Origin: Salinispira sp.
Lineage (GTDB): Bacteria; Spirochaetota; Spirochaetia; DSM-27196; Salinispiraceae
DNA length: 64,000 nucleotides
NCBI GenBank assembly: GCA_965226555.1
Contig: CBDDDG010000010.1
Coordinates: forward strand, 529,921-593,920
Direction: 5' to 3'
This document shows, one piece after another, positions 39,467 to 50,444 of this stretch (positions within the stretch are counted from its first letter, which is position 1; every line of letters begins with the position of its first letter). A program made the translations under genes and the position numbers. The notes beneath the pieces are model-generated. The model saw nothing but the letters and a program-made list of their open reading frames with translations. It did not search any database and had not been told where the DNA came from.

Positions 39467-40221
39467 GGATCTCCTTCGATAAACGGAGCGCGTATAAACC
39501 GCGACTCACCGAGAAGTTCGAATTCATTAATATCGGGAAGCTGAATGGTGAGGGTATTAATGGAACCGTTGAGATTATCGATTCCTTCCAGAAATCTGAG
39601 GAGCTGTTCGATATCCTGCACATTTACCTGAAGGTCAATGCCGTCTGTACTGCCTGCGCCGTTGGCGCCCGTTGCGCCCTCTTTGTCGGAGCTGCCTGCG
39701 CCGTTGGCGCCCGTTGCGCCCTCTTTGTCGGAGCTGCCTGCGCCGTTGGCGCCCGTTGCGCCGCGTCTGCCGGTATTGACCGGAAGAACCTCAATGGAGG
39801 AGGTATTGTATTCAGAAAATTCCGATGTGTTTACGAGGTTGAAATTTTGGGGGAGCCGGGAAGGAGTATTTTCCGACACAAAAAAGAACGCAAAAATAAG
39901 AATAGCAGCCGCAAAAACCGCAATCCAATGAGTTGAACGCTGTGAATTGTTCTGGGAATTGTTCTGTTCCGGCATATCGATAACATTTTTTGCGAGGGCT
40001 TCGACCCGGGCAGCAGCTTCGGTATAGGCATGAGACATATGTTCGTCATCTTCCCGCATTGTTTTCTGCAGCAATTGATAAGCCTCAAGGCGGGGAGCCA
40101 ATGCGGGGTCGGCCAGAACCCGCGCCTCAACCGATGAGCGATACTGCTCGGGAACTTCGTTATCCAGCAGTTCCATGAGGATGTCATCATTCAGGGCATC
40201 ATTCCGGGGCATGCAAACCAT
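39463..40221 (-). CDS. Putative anti-sigma factor
   Basis: LMELLDNEV-type N-terminus, single TM, directly downstream of the ECF sigma. Confidence 0.75.
   Translation of the reverse strand: MVCMPRNDALNDDILMELLDNEVPEQYRSSVEARVLADPALAPRLEAYQLLQKTMREDDEHMSHAYTEAAARVEALAKNVIDMPEQNNSQNNSQRSTHWIAVFAAAILIFAFFFVSENTPSRLPQNFNLVNTSEFSEYNTSSIEVLPVNTGRRGATGANGAGSSDKEGATGANGAGSSDKEGATGANGAGSTDGIDLQVNVQDIEQLLRFLEGIDNLNGSINTLTIQLPDINEFELLGESRFIRAPFIEGDP
39651..39760. repeat. 42-bp tandem repeat in the anti-sigma gene
   Basis: GATGANGAGSSDKE x~2.7. Confidence 0.85.
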
Positions 40222-40729
40222 CCTTTTTCAGAAGATTCGACATTTTCTCACGCGCTCTGAATACGCGCATTTTCACGTTTGCTTCACTGATCTTCAGTAC
40301 CTTTCCTATTTCTCTGTAGTTTAATCGACCATATTCTACCAGAACAAGTACTTCCCGCAATTTTTGCGGCAATGTATTCACGGCCTGCCGCACGGAAAGC
40401 GAGGTTTCCTGTTTGAGAAAAATGTCCTCGCCCGATTCGGCGCTGCGGGTGTCGCCGGTAAGCACTTTTTCGTAGGCCCAGCGTTCGCGCTTCTGCCGTT
40501 TGGCATGATTGAGCGCCATATTTTTCACAACCCGAATGAGCCAGTACTTGATCTGATTCTGGTTCGGAATGCGTTCCGGGCGCTCACAGAGCTTTATGAA
40601 TGCTTCATGGCATAATTCTTCCGCTACTTCCATGTTAAAGGTAATGCGATAGGCAATACGGATAAGAATAACACTTGTTTCGGCATAGGCCTTCTTGAAA
40701 AATTGTTCCCGCTCATCACTCCATTTCAT
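40199..40729 (-). CDS. ECF-type RNA polymerase sigma factor
   Basis: AEELCHEAFIK, WLIRVVKNMALN, YREIGKVLKISEANVKMRVFRAR. Confidence 0.92.
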   Translation of the reverse strand: MKWSDEREQFFKKAYAETSVILIRIAYRITFNMEVAEELCHEAFIKLCERPERIPNQNQIKYWLIRVVKNMALNHAKRQKRERWAYEKVLTGDTRSAESGEDIFLKQETSLSVRQAVNTLPQKLREVLVLVEYGRLNYREIGKVLKISEANVKMRVFRAREKMSNLLKKDGLHAPE

Positions 40730-40811
40730 TAAACAACTAATCCCCTGCCAAAGTTACATATATAGAAAATTTTGCTCAGCAAAATTTTCAGTAGCAAAAT
40801 TTTGATATTCT

Positions 40812-42281
40812 TTATCGGGAAGATTCTGTTTCCCAGCGGGTTCCATGCGGACCATCAATAAGAATAATACCTTTTTTTGCCAGTTGCTCACGGATCTGAT
40901 CGGCGCGGGCAAAATTGTTATGTTTACGAGCCGCGCTGCGTTCATCTATAAGATTCTGAATAGTTTCTGGTATTTTTTCCGAAGTTCCAGAGCTGTCGCT
41001 TTTCGATTCTCCCGCTCCCGCATGCGGCTGTTTCATAAGATCAAGACCGAGAACGCTGTCCATCTCTTCAATGAGCATTCGCTTTTCACCGGGCGGAACT
41101 GCCGAATCTTTCACAAGAGCCCAGAGCTCGGCGAGAGCTTTTGGCGTATTCAGATCATCGGCAAGCGCCGCAGTAAATGCTTCCCGCCTCAGGGAAGCCG
41201 CCTCGCCCAGTTCTGCAGCGGGCGGAAAATCCTGCAATTCCTTCACAAACCGGTAAAGCCGTGAACGGGCAGCGCCGGCAGCCGACATGGATTCATCGCT
41301 GAAGTGGAGCTGGGTACGATAATGCGCTCCGAGAACCAGATACCGGTAATCGAGCGGATGATATTTCATATTCAGCAGATTTTTGACGGTAAGAAACGTT
41401 CCGCTTGATCTGCTCATTTTACCGCGGTCTAACAACAGAAAGGCAGAATGAAACCAGAAACGCACCCAAGGACTTTTTCCGCTGAATGCCTCACTTTGGG
41501 CAATTTCGTTACTATGATGAACGGGAATAAGATCGGTTCCGCCGCAGTGAATGTCGAACTGCTCGCCAAGGAAGGTCAGGCTCATGGCTGAACATTCAAT
41601 GTGCCAGCCCGGATATCCCCGTCCCCAGGGGCTGTTCCAGTTCAGGGCATGATTCTCGAATTTCGATTTTGTGAACCAGAGCACAAAGTCATGCGGATTC
41701 CGCTTAACGCTGTCGGTTCCAACACGGGAACGTTCGTTACTGAAATTGAGACGGGCCATTTTACCATAATCGGCAACCTTCGCAACATCGAAATAGACAT
41801 TGCCTCCAGCCTCATAGGCATAGCCTTTTTTCTGAAGAACAGTGATCATCTCAATCATTTCAGGAATGTGATCACTGGCCTTACACAGAACATCCGGCAT
41901 CTCAATGTTCAGGAGCGCGCTGTCCTTCAGAAAGACCTCGGTAAAATGTTCGGCAATTTCCAGAATAGTGCGCTGCTGTTCCCGGGCGCTCCTGAGCATT
42001 TTATCTTCACCGCTGTCTCCATCGTCGCTGAGGTGGCCAATGTCGGTAATGTTCATAACATGGCGCAGTTCATAGCCGAAGAATGTGAGGGTGCGGCGCA
42101 GAATGTCTTCGGCAATAAAGGTTCGGAAATTGCCTATATGAATATAGTTATAGACTGTCGGCCCGCAGGCATATATTTTGACCATGTTATTCCGGACGGT
42201 GAGGGGTTCCTTGCAGCGGGAGGCGGTGTTATAGAGATTGAGAATCGGCTTAGAGGGGGTCACTTTTGTAGTCAGCTCCAC
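40812..42281 (-). CDS. cysS: Cysteine--tRNA ligase
   Basis: [25 protein letters not shown]. Confidence 0.97.
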   Translation of the reverse strand: MELTTKVTPSKPILNLYNTASRCKEPLTVRNNMVKIYACGPTVYNYIHIGNFRTFIAEDILRRTLTFFGYELRHVMNITDIGHLSDDGDSGEDKMLRSAREQQRTILEIAEHFTEVFLKDSALLNIEMPDVLCKASDHIPEMIEMITVLQKKGYAYEAGGNVYFDVAKVADYGKMARLNFSNERSRVGTDSVKRNPHDFVLWFTKSKFENHALNWNSPWGRGYPGWHIECSAMSLTFLGEQFDIHCGGTDLIPVHHSNEIAQSEAFSGKSPWVRFWFHSAFLLLDRGKMSRSSGTFLTVKNLLNMKYHPLDYRYLVLGAHYRTQLHFSDESMSAAGAARSRLYRFVKELQDFPPAAELGEAASLRREAFTAALADDLNTPKALAELWALVKDSAVPPGEKRMLIEEMDSVLGLDLMKQPHAGAGESKSDSSGTSEKIPETIQNLIDERSAARKHNNFARADQIREQLAKKGIILIDGPHGTRWETESSR

Positions 42282-42295
42282 TATACTATGGGAAT

Positions 42296-43219
42296 ATGAG
42301 CATTCTATTTCAGAACCTGAAAAGTATCAAGCTGCGCGGCAGAATACGCTGGAACTTTCCCATGGCAGAGCTGAGCAGTTTCAAAACCGGCGGTTCTGCC
42401 GACATTGCGACATGGCCCGAGAGTACGGAGGAGCTGCTCGCGCTTGTACATGCGGCGCGGGCGCAGAACCTGCCATGGATTGTTCTGGGCGGCGGGTCGA
42501 ACATCCTCATTTCCGACCGGGGCATACGCGGAATGGTCATTCTCACCACGGAAATGAATGATATACGGCGGGAAGGGCAGCGTGTTATTGCGGCTCCCGG
42601 GGCGCCTATGAGCGAAGTGTCTGCCAGAGCAGCAAACTGGGGACTGGCCGGGCTCGATTTTATATACGCGATGCCCGGCAGTTCCGGCGGCGCCGTGTGG
42701 ATGAATGCCCGTTGTTACGGATCGGAAATTGCCGATGTTCTTGAATGGACGGAGTATATTGATATTGATGCCGATCCGCTCGAAGTGAAGCGGCTTGCCA
42801 TTCATGCAGATGATTTTTCCTACAAGCGCTCACCTTTTCAGCGTAACCGGAACATTATCCTTGAGAGCTCCTACCTGCTTACACTGGGAAAACGGGAAGA
42901 ACTCTGGAAAAAGATGCGGGAACATGAGGACGACAGAACACGAAAGGGGCATTTTCTTGCGCCCTGCGCGGGAAGCATATTCAAAAACAACCGGAGCTTT
43001 GGCGCGCCATCGGGAAAGATCATTGATAGCCTCAAAATGCGGGGAACAAGAATTGGCGGAGCAAAGGTATCCGATCTTCATGCGAACATTATCATTAATG
43101 AAAACACAGCATCCGCCGCCGAAATTGCGCGGCTCATTCATCTCATTCATGAGCGGGTGCTGGAAGAATTGGGATTCGACCTTGAGCCTGAGGTCATTAA
43201 GATCGGGCAATGGAGCTAA
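42296..43219 (+). CDS. murB: UDP-N-acetylenolpyruvoylglucosamine reductase
   Basis: GGGSNILISD, MNARCYG, AGSIFKN, HANIIIN, LEPEV. Confidence 0.95.
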   Translation: MSILFQNLKSIKLRGRIRWNFPMAELSSFKTGGSADIATWPESTEELLALVHAARAQNLPWIVLGGGSNILISDRGIRGMVILTTEMNDIRREGQRVIAAPGAPMSEVSARAANWGLAGLDFIYAMPGSSGGAVWMNARCYGSEIADVLEWTEYIDIDADPLEVKRLAIHADDFSYKRSPFQRNRNIILESSYLLTLGKREELWKKMREHEDDRTRKGHFLAPCAGSIFKNNRSFGAPSGKIIDSLKMRGTRIGGAKVSDLHANIIINENTASAAEIARLIHLIHERVLEELGFDLEPEVIKIGQWS

Positions 43220-44871
43220 TTTTTTAGGGAGCATTCAACATTGAATTCCCAGCCCTCCAGGAATGCCCTCGGTTCGGCACCGTAGAGTATGCGGTCGAAA
43301 AAGATATTTCCGGGCGAGCGCATGCTGTATTCCAACGTGAACTGATGTGTGGGGCGATCAATGCTCAGGGCTGCGCGCAGTTCCATACCGACCATTATGT
43401 CGAAGGGACTGGGCAGGAAGTCTATGCGCTGTTCCGCATCGTTTGTGCCCCAAATACCTGTCTCCAGCACGAAGGAGGGCAGCGTCAAAACAAGGGAGGC
43501 CGACATCCTATCAAAATAGGGCTGCAAATCTTCCCATAGAATCTTGAAATCAATTTCCGATCGGACAACATCGCCGATGGAGGCAGCAATGAGGGTGGAG
43601 AAATTGTTCTGGTTGGGACGATACTCAACATTCAGTTTTCCCTTCAGCAGATTCGAACCGCCCTCCACTCCCAGAACAATACGTGTATCGTCCTGCCACT
43701 TTTCCAGAAATGATATATATGTCGAAAAGCTGTTTTTAATATCCATTCTTCCCTCGAATTTGACAAACCTCCCCTTTTTTACATCGATGCCGTAATTGGA
43801 ATCGGGATCGGAACCTGAGCCGGATCGCAGGTAGCTTTCGGAAAGATATGCCCCCCGCACAGCAACATTCCATGAGATGGAATCTTCCAATGGGGAGCCG
43901 AAACCATATGGTATTTTTCCCTTAACCTGCCAGTTTAGTCTTAGCCACCAGGAAGGAGGATTGACAACATAGGGAATTTCGGGGTGCAGGGATACCTGCA
44001 AACCAGCATAGGCATTCAGATTTTCGGAAATTTGTGTGTCGATATCGGAGGACTGTGTCTTAACCGCGAGTACATTGTTCAGCAAAACACGATTACCCGG
44101 CATCCACAAATTATGAAGCAGATCATCCCTGCCAGCCCCCTCCCAGTTTTCAACCTGACTTATGATGCGAAGGGAAAACGGGGCAGCAGCGGTCGTGGAG
44201 CTGGCAGGCGGGCTGGCAGCAGCGCCCGGCACACCGGCATCGCCCGGCGGGTTACCGGTCGGGTTACCGGTCGAGTTACCGGTCGAGTTACCGGTCGGGT
44301 TACCGGTCGGGTTGCCGGAAAACATTCCCGGGACAATGTGCAGTATTATCCCGAAATTTCTGAACTGGCCGTTCGGGAAAAAGGAGGATGCAAGAAGCAT
44401 GGACGGCAAACTGAGCTGAAGAGCCGGAAAATGCGCATCGGAGCCGGGGAGACCGAAGAATATCATGCTGTCCGATGCCTTTGTGCCTGACAGCGGATTC
44501 CGAATGAGCCCCGATATTCCCCGCTGACTGAGCATTCCCGCAGTGAGATGAATAGCATTATCGGGGAAGGCGTACTCGGCTGCGAGCAGATAGTTAGAAA
44601 AGCACAGGGGATATGGACCGCAGCGTACCGAGAGATCGGATACTGCCATTCTGAGAATGATATTGTCGTTTTCCAGTTCGATCTGGAGATCATACGAACG
44701 AAAATCCAATGTTTTCGTGCTTATCTCAAAATTCTGGAAAATTTCATCCCCAAACAATCCGGGAGGCTTGAGAACCTGCACAGCGATGAAAATAAAAATG
44801 CAAAGAACGTTTTGCCTTATGCAAAATTTTCTTCCCGGATATTCCTGTTTTGATGAAATACACCTGCCCAT
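43216..44871 (-). CDS. Hypothetical exported protein with GNPT/GNST repeat linker
   Basis: 551-aa ORF with hydrophobic N-region; 12-bp x6 repeat at 44246-44318. Confidence 0.6.
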   Translation of the reverse strand: MGRCISSKQEYPGRKFCIRQNVLCIFIFIAVQVLKPPGLFGDEIFQNFEISTKTLDFRSYDLQIELENDNIILRMAVSDLSVRCGPYPLCFSNYLLAAEYAFPDNAIHLTAGMLSQRGISGLIRNPLSGTKASDSMIFFGLPGSDAHFPALQLSLPSMLLASSFFPNGQFRNFGIILHIVPGMFSGNPTGNPTGNSTGNSTGNPTGNPPGDAGVPGAAASPPASSTTAAAPFSLRIISQVENWEGAGRDDLLHNLWMPGNRVLLNNVLAVKTQSSDIDTQISENLNAYAGLQVSLHPEIPYVVNPPSWWLRLNWQVKGKIPYGFGSPLEDSISWNVAVRGAYLSESYLRSGSGSDPDSNYGIDVKKGRFVKFEGRMDIKNSFSTYISFLEKWQDDTRIVLGVEGGSNLLKGKLNVEYRPNQNNFSTLIAASIGDVVRSEIDFKILWEDLQPYFDRMSASLVLTLPSFVLETGIWGTNDAEQRIDFLPSPFDIMVGMELRAALSIDRPTHQFTLEYSMRSPGNIFFDRILYGAEPRAFLEGWEFNVECSLKN

Positions 44872-45011
44872 ACATTAGAAACAGGGCAAAAAGAATTCAT
44901 GACTGAGAATTATTGAAAATTATTGAAAATTATTGAGAAAAGCGCGCGCAGGGCGCAGACAAGCGCTTCAGCGCGCAGGGCAGACAAGCGCTTCAACGCG
45001 CAGGGCGATCT

Positions 45012-45566
45012 TCAGGGCTGTATGGTTGTGGTATGAACCGCCGAGGCAGTAGCTTTGTCCTTCAAATGCTCAATAATGGCCACGGAAAATTCGGCTGCGG
45101 CGCCCGCTCCGACAGCAGTAATAAGCCCTTCATCGTACAGAACCCGCTCGGGGGTATAGATGCCGGAACCCGCCTGATCCTCAAAGCCCGGGTAGCAAGT
45201 AAACCGGCGGTTTCCGAGGATACCTGCCCCCGAACGGCCGAGCGTTACCGCGGGGGCAGCGCATATGGCGCACATGAGAACCCCAGCGTCATTGCTCTCG
45301 CGCAGCAGCGCAACAAGGTCCGCATTAGCGGCAAGATTTGCCGAACCGGGCATTCCTCCCGGGCATATAATTGCATCGGGAGCGGAATCGGCAAAATCGG
45401 CAATGCACATATCGGCCTTCACGGTAACATTGTGGCTGCCTGTCGGATAAAGATCATTATTTAACGAGACCGTTGTAAGCTCTATGCCCGCTCTGCGCAG
45501 AAAATCGATGGGGGTAACGGCTTCAACCTCCTCAAAACCATCTGCCAGAAAAACATATACGCTCAT
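45012..45566 (-). CDS. DJ-1/PfpI (ThiJ/YajL) family protein
   Basis: ADGFEEVEA, PGGMPGS, AICAAP, TCYPG. Confidence 0.93.
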   Translation of the reverse strand: MSVYVFLADGFEEVEAVTPIDFLRRAGIELTTVSLNNDLYPTGSHNVTVKADMCIADFADSAPDAIICPGGMPGSANLAANADLVALLRESNDAGVLMCAICAAPAVTLGRSGAGILGNRRFTCYPGFEDQAGSGIYTPERVLYDEGLITAVGAGAAAEFSVAIIEHLKDKATASAVHTTTIQP

Positions 45567-45620
45567 ACTTCCTCCTCATGCGGGAACCCCGCCTATCATC
45601 CTGCGGGAACCCCGCCAGCT

Positions 45621-48194
45621 TCAGCGATCCAGAATAAACTCAACTCGCCTGTTTTTCCAGCGGTTCTGAGTATCGGCATAGGGAACAACCGGCATACTGC
45701 CGCCCAGTCCCCGAATGGTCATACGTTCCCAATCGACCCCGAGAATAGAGAGCGCCTGTTTGACCTCCAAGGCACGGTTCCGGCTCAGGGGGATGAGGGT
45801 ATTTACCTGTTCCCGCTGGCCGGCAAGGCCTGAAAGAATCTGTGACGCATGTCCTTCAATGACAATGTTGTAGTTCGGGTACCGGTTGAGAACTTCAGCG
45901 AGTCGCCGGAGCGTAGTGAAATTGATCATCTGCTCAGGAGGATCGACATCGAAGAGATATTCGGTATTGGCAGCAAAATAGATAGATGAAACCCTAATCT
46001 TGAAGCGGTCGCCATCTGCAATAATGAGAATATCTATTGGAATAACATCGGAACTTATCGCTACATTGCCCTCGCCATCAATAAGATTGAACACAACCGT
46101 ATATTCTAAACCCGATTGAACAAGCTCGGAATTATCTGAGAGACCATCCCAAATTACTTCTTTGGGAGGACGATCATTTCCGCTCCAGCTTCTGAAGAGA
46201 TTGGCGGCAGGATCAAGAATGTCGAGGGACCAGCTCCTGACGTTTCCGCCGCTGGTGTGCAGACCGATACGTTTTGTATCGTTCACGCCATCGCCATCGG
46301 GGCTGAACAGGCTGTCATCAAGAACAATATCACCCGCGTATTCCAAAACAGAATCGTCTTCCGAAACAGCGCCGAGTGTCGGACCATTCTGCCCCAGAGT
46401 GATAATATCCGAACTGCGGACAACAATTCTGTCGCCATTAAAATAGAGAATGTCGAGTTCCGCGCGGTAGGTACCGGGAGGCGCCGGTCTATTGTTATTG
46501 CGCGATCCGTTCCAATCGAGATAGGGAAGCGCCTGCCGCAACTGTCGGACATAGTACATTTTCCCGTCTTCTTCGTTTACCACATTGATAATGAAATGCT
46601 TTATGCCATCGCTCACCGGAACCACCGGGGTCATACGAACCAAGCCCTCCTGCGGTACCGAGAGACCTATTGCCGTGGCAGCGCGCGCTGCGCCGTCTCT
46701 TCTGAAACGGGCAACATTTGAAATTCCAACATTACCCGCAGCATCGCTCGCCCTCAGAAAAACCTGATACAAACCATCCGGAATCGGATATCCGGTGAAA
46801 GGATTTGTACCGTCCCAAGTGAAGGGAAAGGTAAAACCCGCATCCAGAAAAGCCTGAAGCGGCTCCACAATGTCTTCACCATCCTCATAGGTAGCGACAA
46901 CATCCCAGTTGATGCTTTCATCGTAGTTTGCATCAATTACCAGATAGGGACGCGATTCGCCGCCGAAATAGAGCGGATCGCCCAGTTCACTCTTAATGGG
47001 GGCAGAATCTGCCGTAAGATATGCCTCAGGGGCTGTGCTATCCATAACTATGGTGAGCGGCGCGGAGGCCGAAACATTTCCGTTGCCGTAATAGGCAAGA
47101 AAAGCAGCAGTGTATAGCCCGTCATCCAGAGAAAGCGCGCCGCTTTCAGGCCGGCTGGAATTTCCTCTGCCATCAAACTCAAGTTGCCGAGGCAGATCGG
47201 CGGATGATCCCGCAAAACGGCGGAAGATAATACCCTCGCTGTCGGTAATATCCATCTCCCATCGGCGCAGCCCATCGGTATTGTTCAGCGATACAAGAAT
47301 ATCCATGCTCTCTCTTTCATTCAGAGAAAAATAGGGATTGTTGTCGGAAATTGTGAGTTCGATATTGGCGGCAGCAGTACTGAGGATGATATCTGTTCCT
47401 CTCTGAACGATATTGCCTGCGCGGTCTGTTCCCTCAAGAATGAAGCGATATTTTCCCTCACCCTGAAGTACACCGGAACTATTTTCGCCGTTCCATTCAA
47501 CATTGGAGGGAGCCGGAACATCGCTCGCCGCAGTATCTCCCTGTGAAACAACGGAATCGGTGAAAACAGGAGTGCCCGATGCGTCTTGTATTTTCCACAC
47601 CCAGCTTTCTGCCGGTCCTGTCTGTATGAAGAATGAAACACTGTCCTGACTGCCGTCATTGTTCGGAGAAAAGATGTAGTTGCTGGTATTCAGGCTGATA
47701 ATTTCGGGTGAAACCCTGTCGACAACCACCAAAAGCGGCGCAGTGAAGGAAAGGTTGTCGTTGGAATCGCGCACATAGATTTGGTAGAAGTATTCGCCGT
47801 CATCCACTAGGAGGCCATCGTTATTTCGACCGTCCCAGATGATCGTTTGGGGAATGGTTATTAAGGGAAGTCCAGCGACATTGAAAATGTTTTCTGGAAA
47901 TCCCCTGCCCTCAAGGTTTTCCTCCGAGACCACATAGATGAGCTGTCCTATTTTATCATAGATGCGGAGTTCGTACCGCTGAATTGACACATTATCGTCA
48001 ATATCAATTTGAATAGCGGCGGTTATGAGTGTGTCCCTTCCTCTTTCAGGGTTCCCCGGACTGATGTAGACCGGGAAATGATTGAGATATATCTCGGTTT
48101 CCGGCTCAGGAGCTCCTCCCGCAAAGGCCGAAAGAGTAATGCAGAGCATAAAGCACGCACACACGATTTTTTTCATAGGTTTTATGAATTTCAT
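45621..48194 (-). CDS. FlgD Ig-like repeat plus OmpA-domain protein
   Basis: Repeated FSPxxDG and WDG..DG.Y motifs; C-terminal IEGHA..LSRNRA..NRRVEFIL; ATG 48194 with GGAGG RBS. Confidence 0.9.
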   Translation of the reverse strand: MKFIKPMKKIVCACFMLCITLSAFAGGAPEPETEIYLNHFPVYISPGNPERGRDTLITAAIQIDIDDNVSIQRYELRIYDKIGQLIYVVSEENLEGRGFPENIFNVAGLPLITIPQTIIWDGRNNDGLLVDDGEYFYQIYVRDSNDNLSFTAPLLVVVDRVSPEIISLNTSNYIFSPNNDGSQDSVSFFIQTGPAESWVWKIQDASGTPVFTDSVVSQGDTAASDVPAPSNVEWNGENSSGVLQGEGKYRFILEGTDRAGNIVQRGTDIILSTAAANIELTISDNNPYFSLNERESMDILVSLNNTDGLRRWEMDITDSEGIIFRRFAGSSADLPRQLEFDGRGNSSRPESGALSLDDGLYTAAFLAYYGNGNVSASAPLTIVMDSTAPEAYLTADSAPIKSELGDPLYFGGESRPYLVIDANYDESINWDVVATYEDGEDIVEPLQAFLDAGFTFPFTWDGTNPFTGYPIPDGLYQVFLRASDAAGNVGISNVARFRRDGAARAATAIGLSVPQEGLVRMTPVVPVSDGIKHFIINVVNEEDGKMYYVRQLRQALPYLDWNGSRNNNRPAPPGTYRAELDILYFNGDRIVVRSSDIITLGQNGPTLGAVSEDDSVLEYAGDIVLDDSLFSPDGDGVNDTKRIGLHTSGGNVRSWSLDILDPAANLFRSWSGNDRPPKEVIWDGLSDNSELVQSGLEYTVVFNLIDGEGNVAISSDVIPIDILIIADGDRFKIRVSSIYFAANTEYLFDVDPPEQMINFTTLRRLAEVLNRYPNYNIVIEGHASQILSGLAGQREQVNTLIPLSRNRALEVKQALSILGVDWERMTIRGLGGSMPVVPYADTQNRWKNRRVEFILDR

Positions 48195-48255
48195 AGGGTT
48201 GATACCTCCTCGTATCTTTATAGAAACTTTCTCATTGCCGATGCGGGCTATGAAA

Positions 48256-49731
48256 CTACTCATACCATGACGGAATCAGATCACCTATTACGCCGGAATC
48301 CTTAAACATATCTGTTGTGGTTCCGGTATATTTGCCATTAGCATTAAGCGTCCAATGATCCCCCCACGCCTCAAGATCTTGATTGAATGCGCTTAAGTCA
48401 AAGAACATATATGATATATTCATTACCGAGCTGACATCCCAGCCGGAAATATCGCCATTGAAGACGACTGCACTATAGAACATAGTTGTCATATTCGTTA
48501 CTGAGCTGACATCCCAGCCGGAAATATCACCATTGAATGCGCCTGTGCCAGCAAACATACCGTTCATATTCGTTACCGCGCCAGTATCCCAGAGCGAGAT
48601 ATCGCCATTGAATGAGTTTTTGTTACCGAAGACAGTGGACATATCCGTTACTGCCGCGGTAACAATGTAGTTGAAATCGGCAGTTGGTCCCCAAGCAGCT
48701 ATCCCGTCAGTTACCGCTGTGTCCAGTTGAGCGTTAGTAGTAGGACTCACAGTAACAGAGAAATACTCGGCAAAGAGTATGTCTTCAGTTTCTGTTTCAC
48801 CATATACCAGATATATTCCTGCCGTTGTATTTTCGGTAACCGTAACAATTCCGATACTTTCATTAAATACATGAGCTATATTAATTATTGGTGGGGTGAA
48901 CGCGCCCGGCGGAGTTGTGGAGGTTACCGTAATGTCTCCAGACATTTCATCAACCCCGTGAGTGCCCGTGATCAAATAAACGCTGAGGTTCTCGCTGGCA
49001 ATAATAACGGCATTAACGGCATCTGAAAGGCTCACAGATTTTGCCGTACCCGCGGGGGTCTGTATTCTTAACGGCATTGCTGTTGCGGATTCAGACCAGT
49101 TACCACTGCCAACCGCATTGACGGCGCGCGCCTGTACGTCGTAGGCAGTGCCGTTTGTCAGGTCCGTAATGCTGTGGTCGTGCGTGCCCGGTGCCGGAGC
49201 GATTTTCATCCATGCTCCGCTGCCTGCGCGATACTGCAATTCGTACTCGGTAATGGGGCTGCCGCCATCATCCGGCGTAGTCCATCTCACGATGATCCGC
49301 CCAGTGCCCGCATAAAGGGTTGGAGCAGCCGGCGCGTCAGGAACAGCGGCAGGGGTTGCAGCGGCAGATTCCGACCAGTCGCCAGCGCCGACTGCATTGA
49401 CGGCGCGCGCCTGTACGTCGTAGGCAGCGCCGTTTGTTAGGCCGGTAATGGCGTGGCTTGTGTTTGTGCCGATGCCTTCGGTAATTTCCGCCCATGCTCC
49501 CTCGCCTGAGCGATATTGCAGCTCATACCCGGTAATGGGGCTGCCGTTGTCGGCAGGCGCATCCCAATCCACGGTAAGCGCGGCGTCTCCGGCGGTGAGC
49601 GTGAGACCGGTCGGCGCATCGGGAACGGATCCCGGGGTTGGCTCGGGTTCCGGCATCGGACATCCTGCAATCAACATAATAAACATTGAGCAGAGTAGAA
49701 AACGGCTTCCCTTGTATAATTTGACATTCAT
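48256..49731 (-). CDS. Surface lipoprotein with 2 FN3 domains and DUF285 repeats
   Basis: LIAGC lipobox, signal nearly identical to the 27170 gene; ATG 49731 with GAGGAG RBS. Confidence 0.9.
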   Translation of the reverse strand: MNVKLYKGSRFLLCSMFIMLIAGCPMPEPEPTPGSVPDAPTGLTLTAGDAALTVDWDAPADNGSPITGYELQYRSGEGAWAEITEGIGTNTSHAITGLTNGAAYDVQARAVNAVGAGDWSESAAATPAAVPDAPAAPTLYAGTGRIIVRWTTPDDGGSPITEYELQYRAGSGAWMKIAPAPGTHDHSITDLTNGTAYDVQARAVNAVGSGNWSESATAMPLRIQTPAGTAKSVSLSDAVNAVIIASENLSVYLITGTHGVDEMSGDITVTSTTPPGAFTPPIINIAHVFNESIGIVTVTENTTAGIYLVYGETETEDILFAEYFSVTVSPTTNAQLDTAVTDGIAAWGPTADFNYIVTAAVTDMSTVFGNKNSFNGDISLWDTGAVTNMNGMFAGTGAFNGDISGWDVSSVTNMTTMFYSAVVFNGDISGWDVSSVMNISYMFFDLSAFNQDLEAWGDHWTLNANGKYTGTTTDMFKDSGVIGDLIPSWYE

Positions 49732-49769
49732 GATATACTCCTCATGGTAACAATTATAAAAGATTGTTG

Positions 49770-49915
49770 TATAGAAAGTTTTGCATTGGAAAATTGCTTG
49801 CGCAATTTCCAGTTTGGAAAATTGCTTGCGCAATTTCCAGTTTGGAAAACTTTCGTATAGTATCATTTTAAGAAAATCTATGCAACAATAAAATTTTGCA
49901 AAATGCAAAAAAGTT
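49770..49915. repeat. Family A repeat cluster with internal duplication
   Basis: TTGGAAAATTGCTTGCGCAATTTCCAGT x2 and AAATTTTGCAAAATGCAAAA. Confidence 0.8.
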
Positions 49916-49923
49916 TATGAGGA

Positions 49924-50400
49924 GTGTATATGCTGAACATATTTTTACCCAAACACGCGGACAATGCCTATGAATTTCACAAGGGAATTCTGTTCGTATT
50001 TACCGCTATGACATTGCTGACTCTGGGGCGGAGTCTGGCTCATATGTTTCTGCCCGATGGCGGAGCGAATTCAATAGCGACAATTATTAGCTTTGACGGA
50101 ACACCCGATCCTGACGCGGTTATTTACCATATATTTGCGCTCTGGGGGCTTGCTCAACTGGCCATGGGAGTAATCTATGGTATTGTTCTGCTCCGCTACC
50201 GGAATCTCGTTCCGCTCATGTGGGTCTTCATTCTGGTGGAATATGCCATGCGCATTTTTATCGGCAGAGTTCTCAAGCCGATGGGAGATGCCTACTTCAG
50301 CGGAACAGCCCCCGGTGAAATAGGAAACTTCATTTTTGTGCCGCTGGCATTAATTATGATTATTTGGTCGGTGGTAAGCGGGAAGAAAAACGTCGACTAA
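49924..50400 (+). CDS. Hypothetical integral membrane protein (4 TM)
   Basis: Four hydrophobic segments; GAGGAG RBS. Confidence 0.75.
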   Translation: MYMLNIFLPKHADNAYEFHKGILFVFTAMTLLTLGRSLAHMFLPDGGANSIATIISFDGTPDPDAVIYHIFALWGLAQLAMGVIYGIVLLRYRNLVPLMWVFILVEYAMRIFIGRVLKPMGDAYFSGTAPGEIGNFIFVPLALIMIIWSVVSGKKNVD

Positions 50401-50444
50401 CAGAGGGCAGCAGGCAGGAATGCGTTTCTGCGCTTAGCATTCTC

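Noticed and set aside
49732..49908. N-terminal extension of ORF 48256-49908
   Set aside because: The extension is family A repeat DNA; the RBS and signal peptide point to ATG 49731
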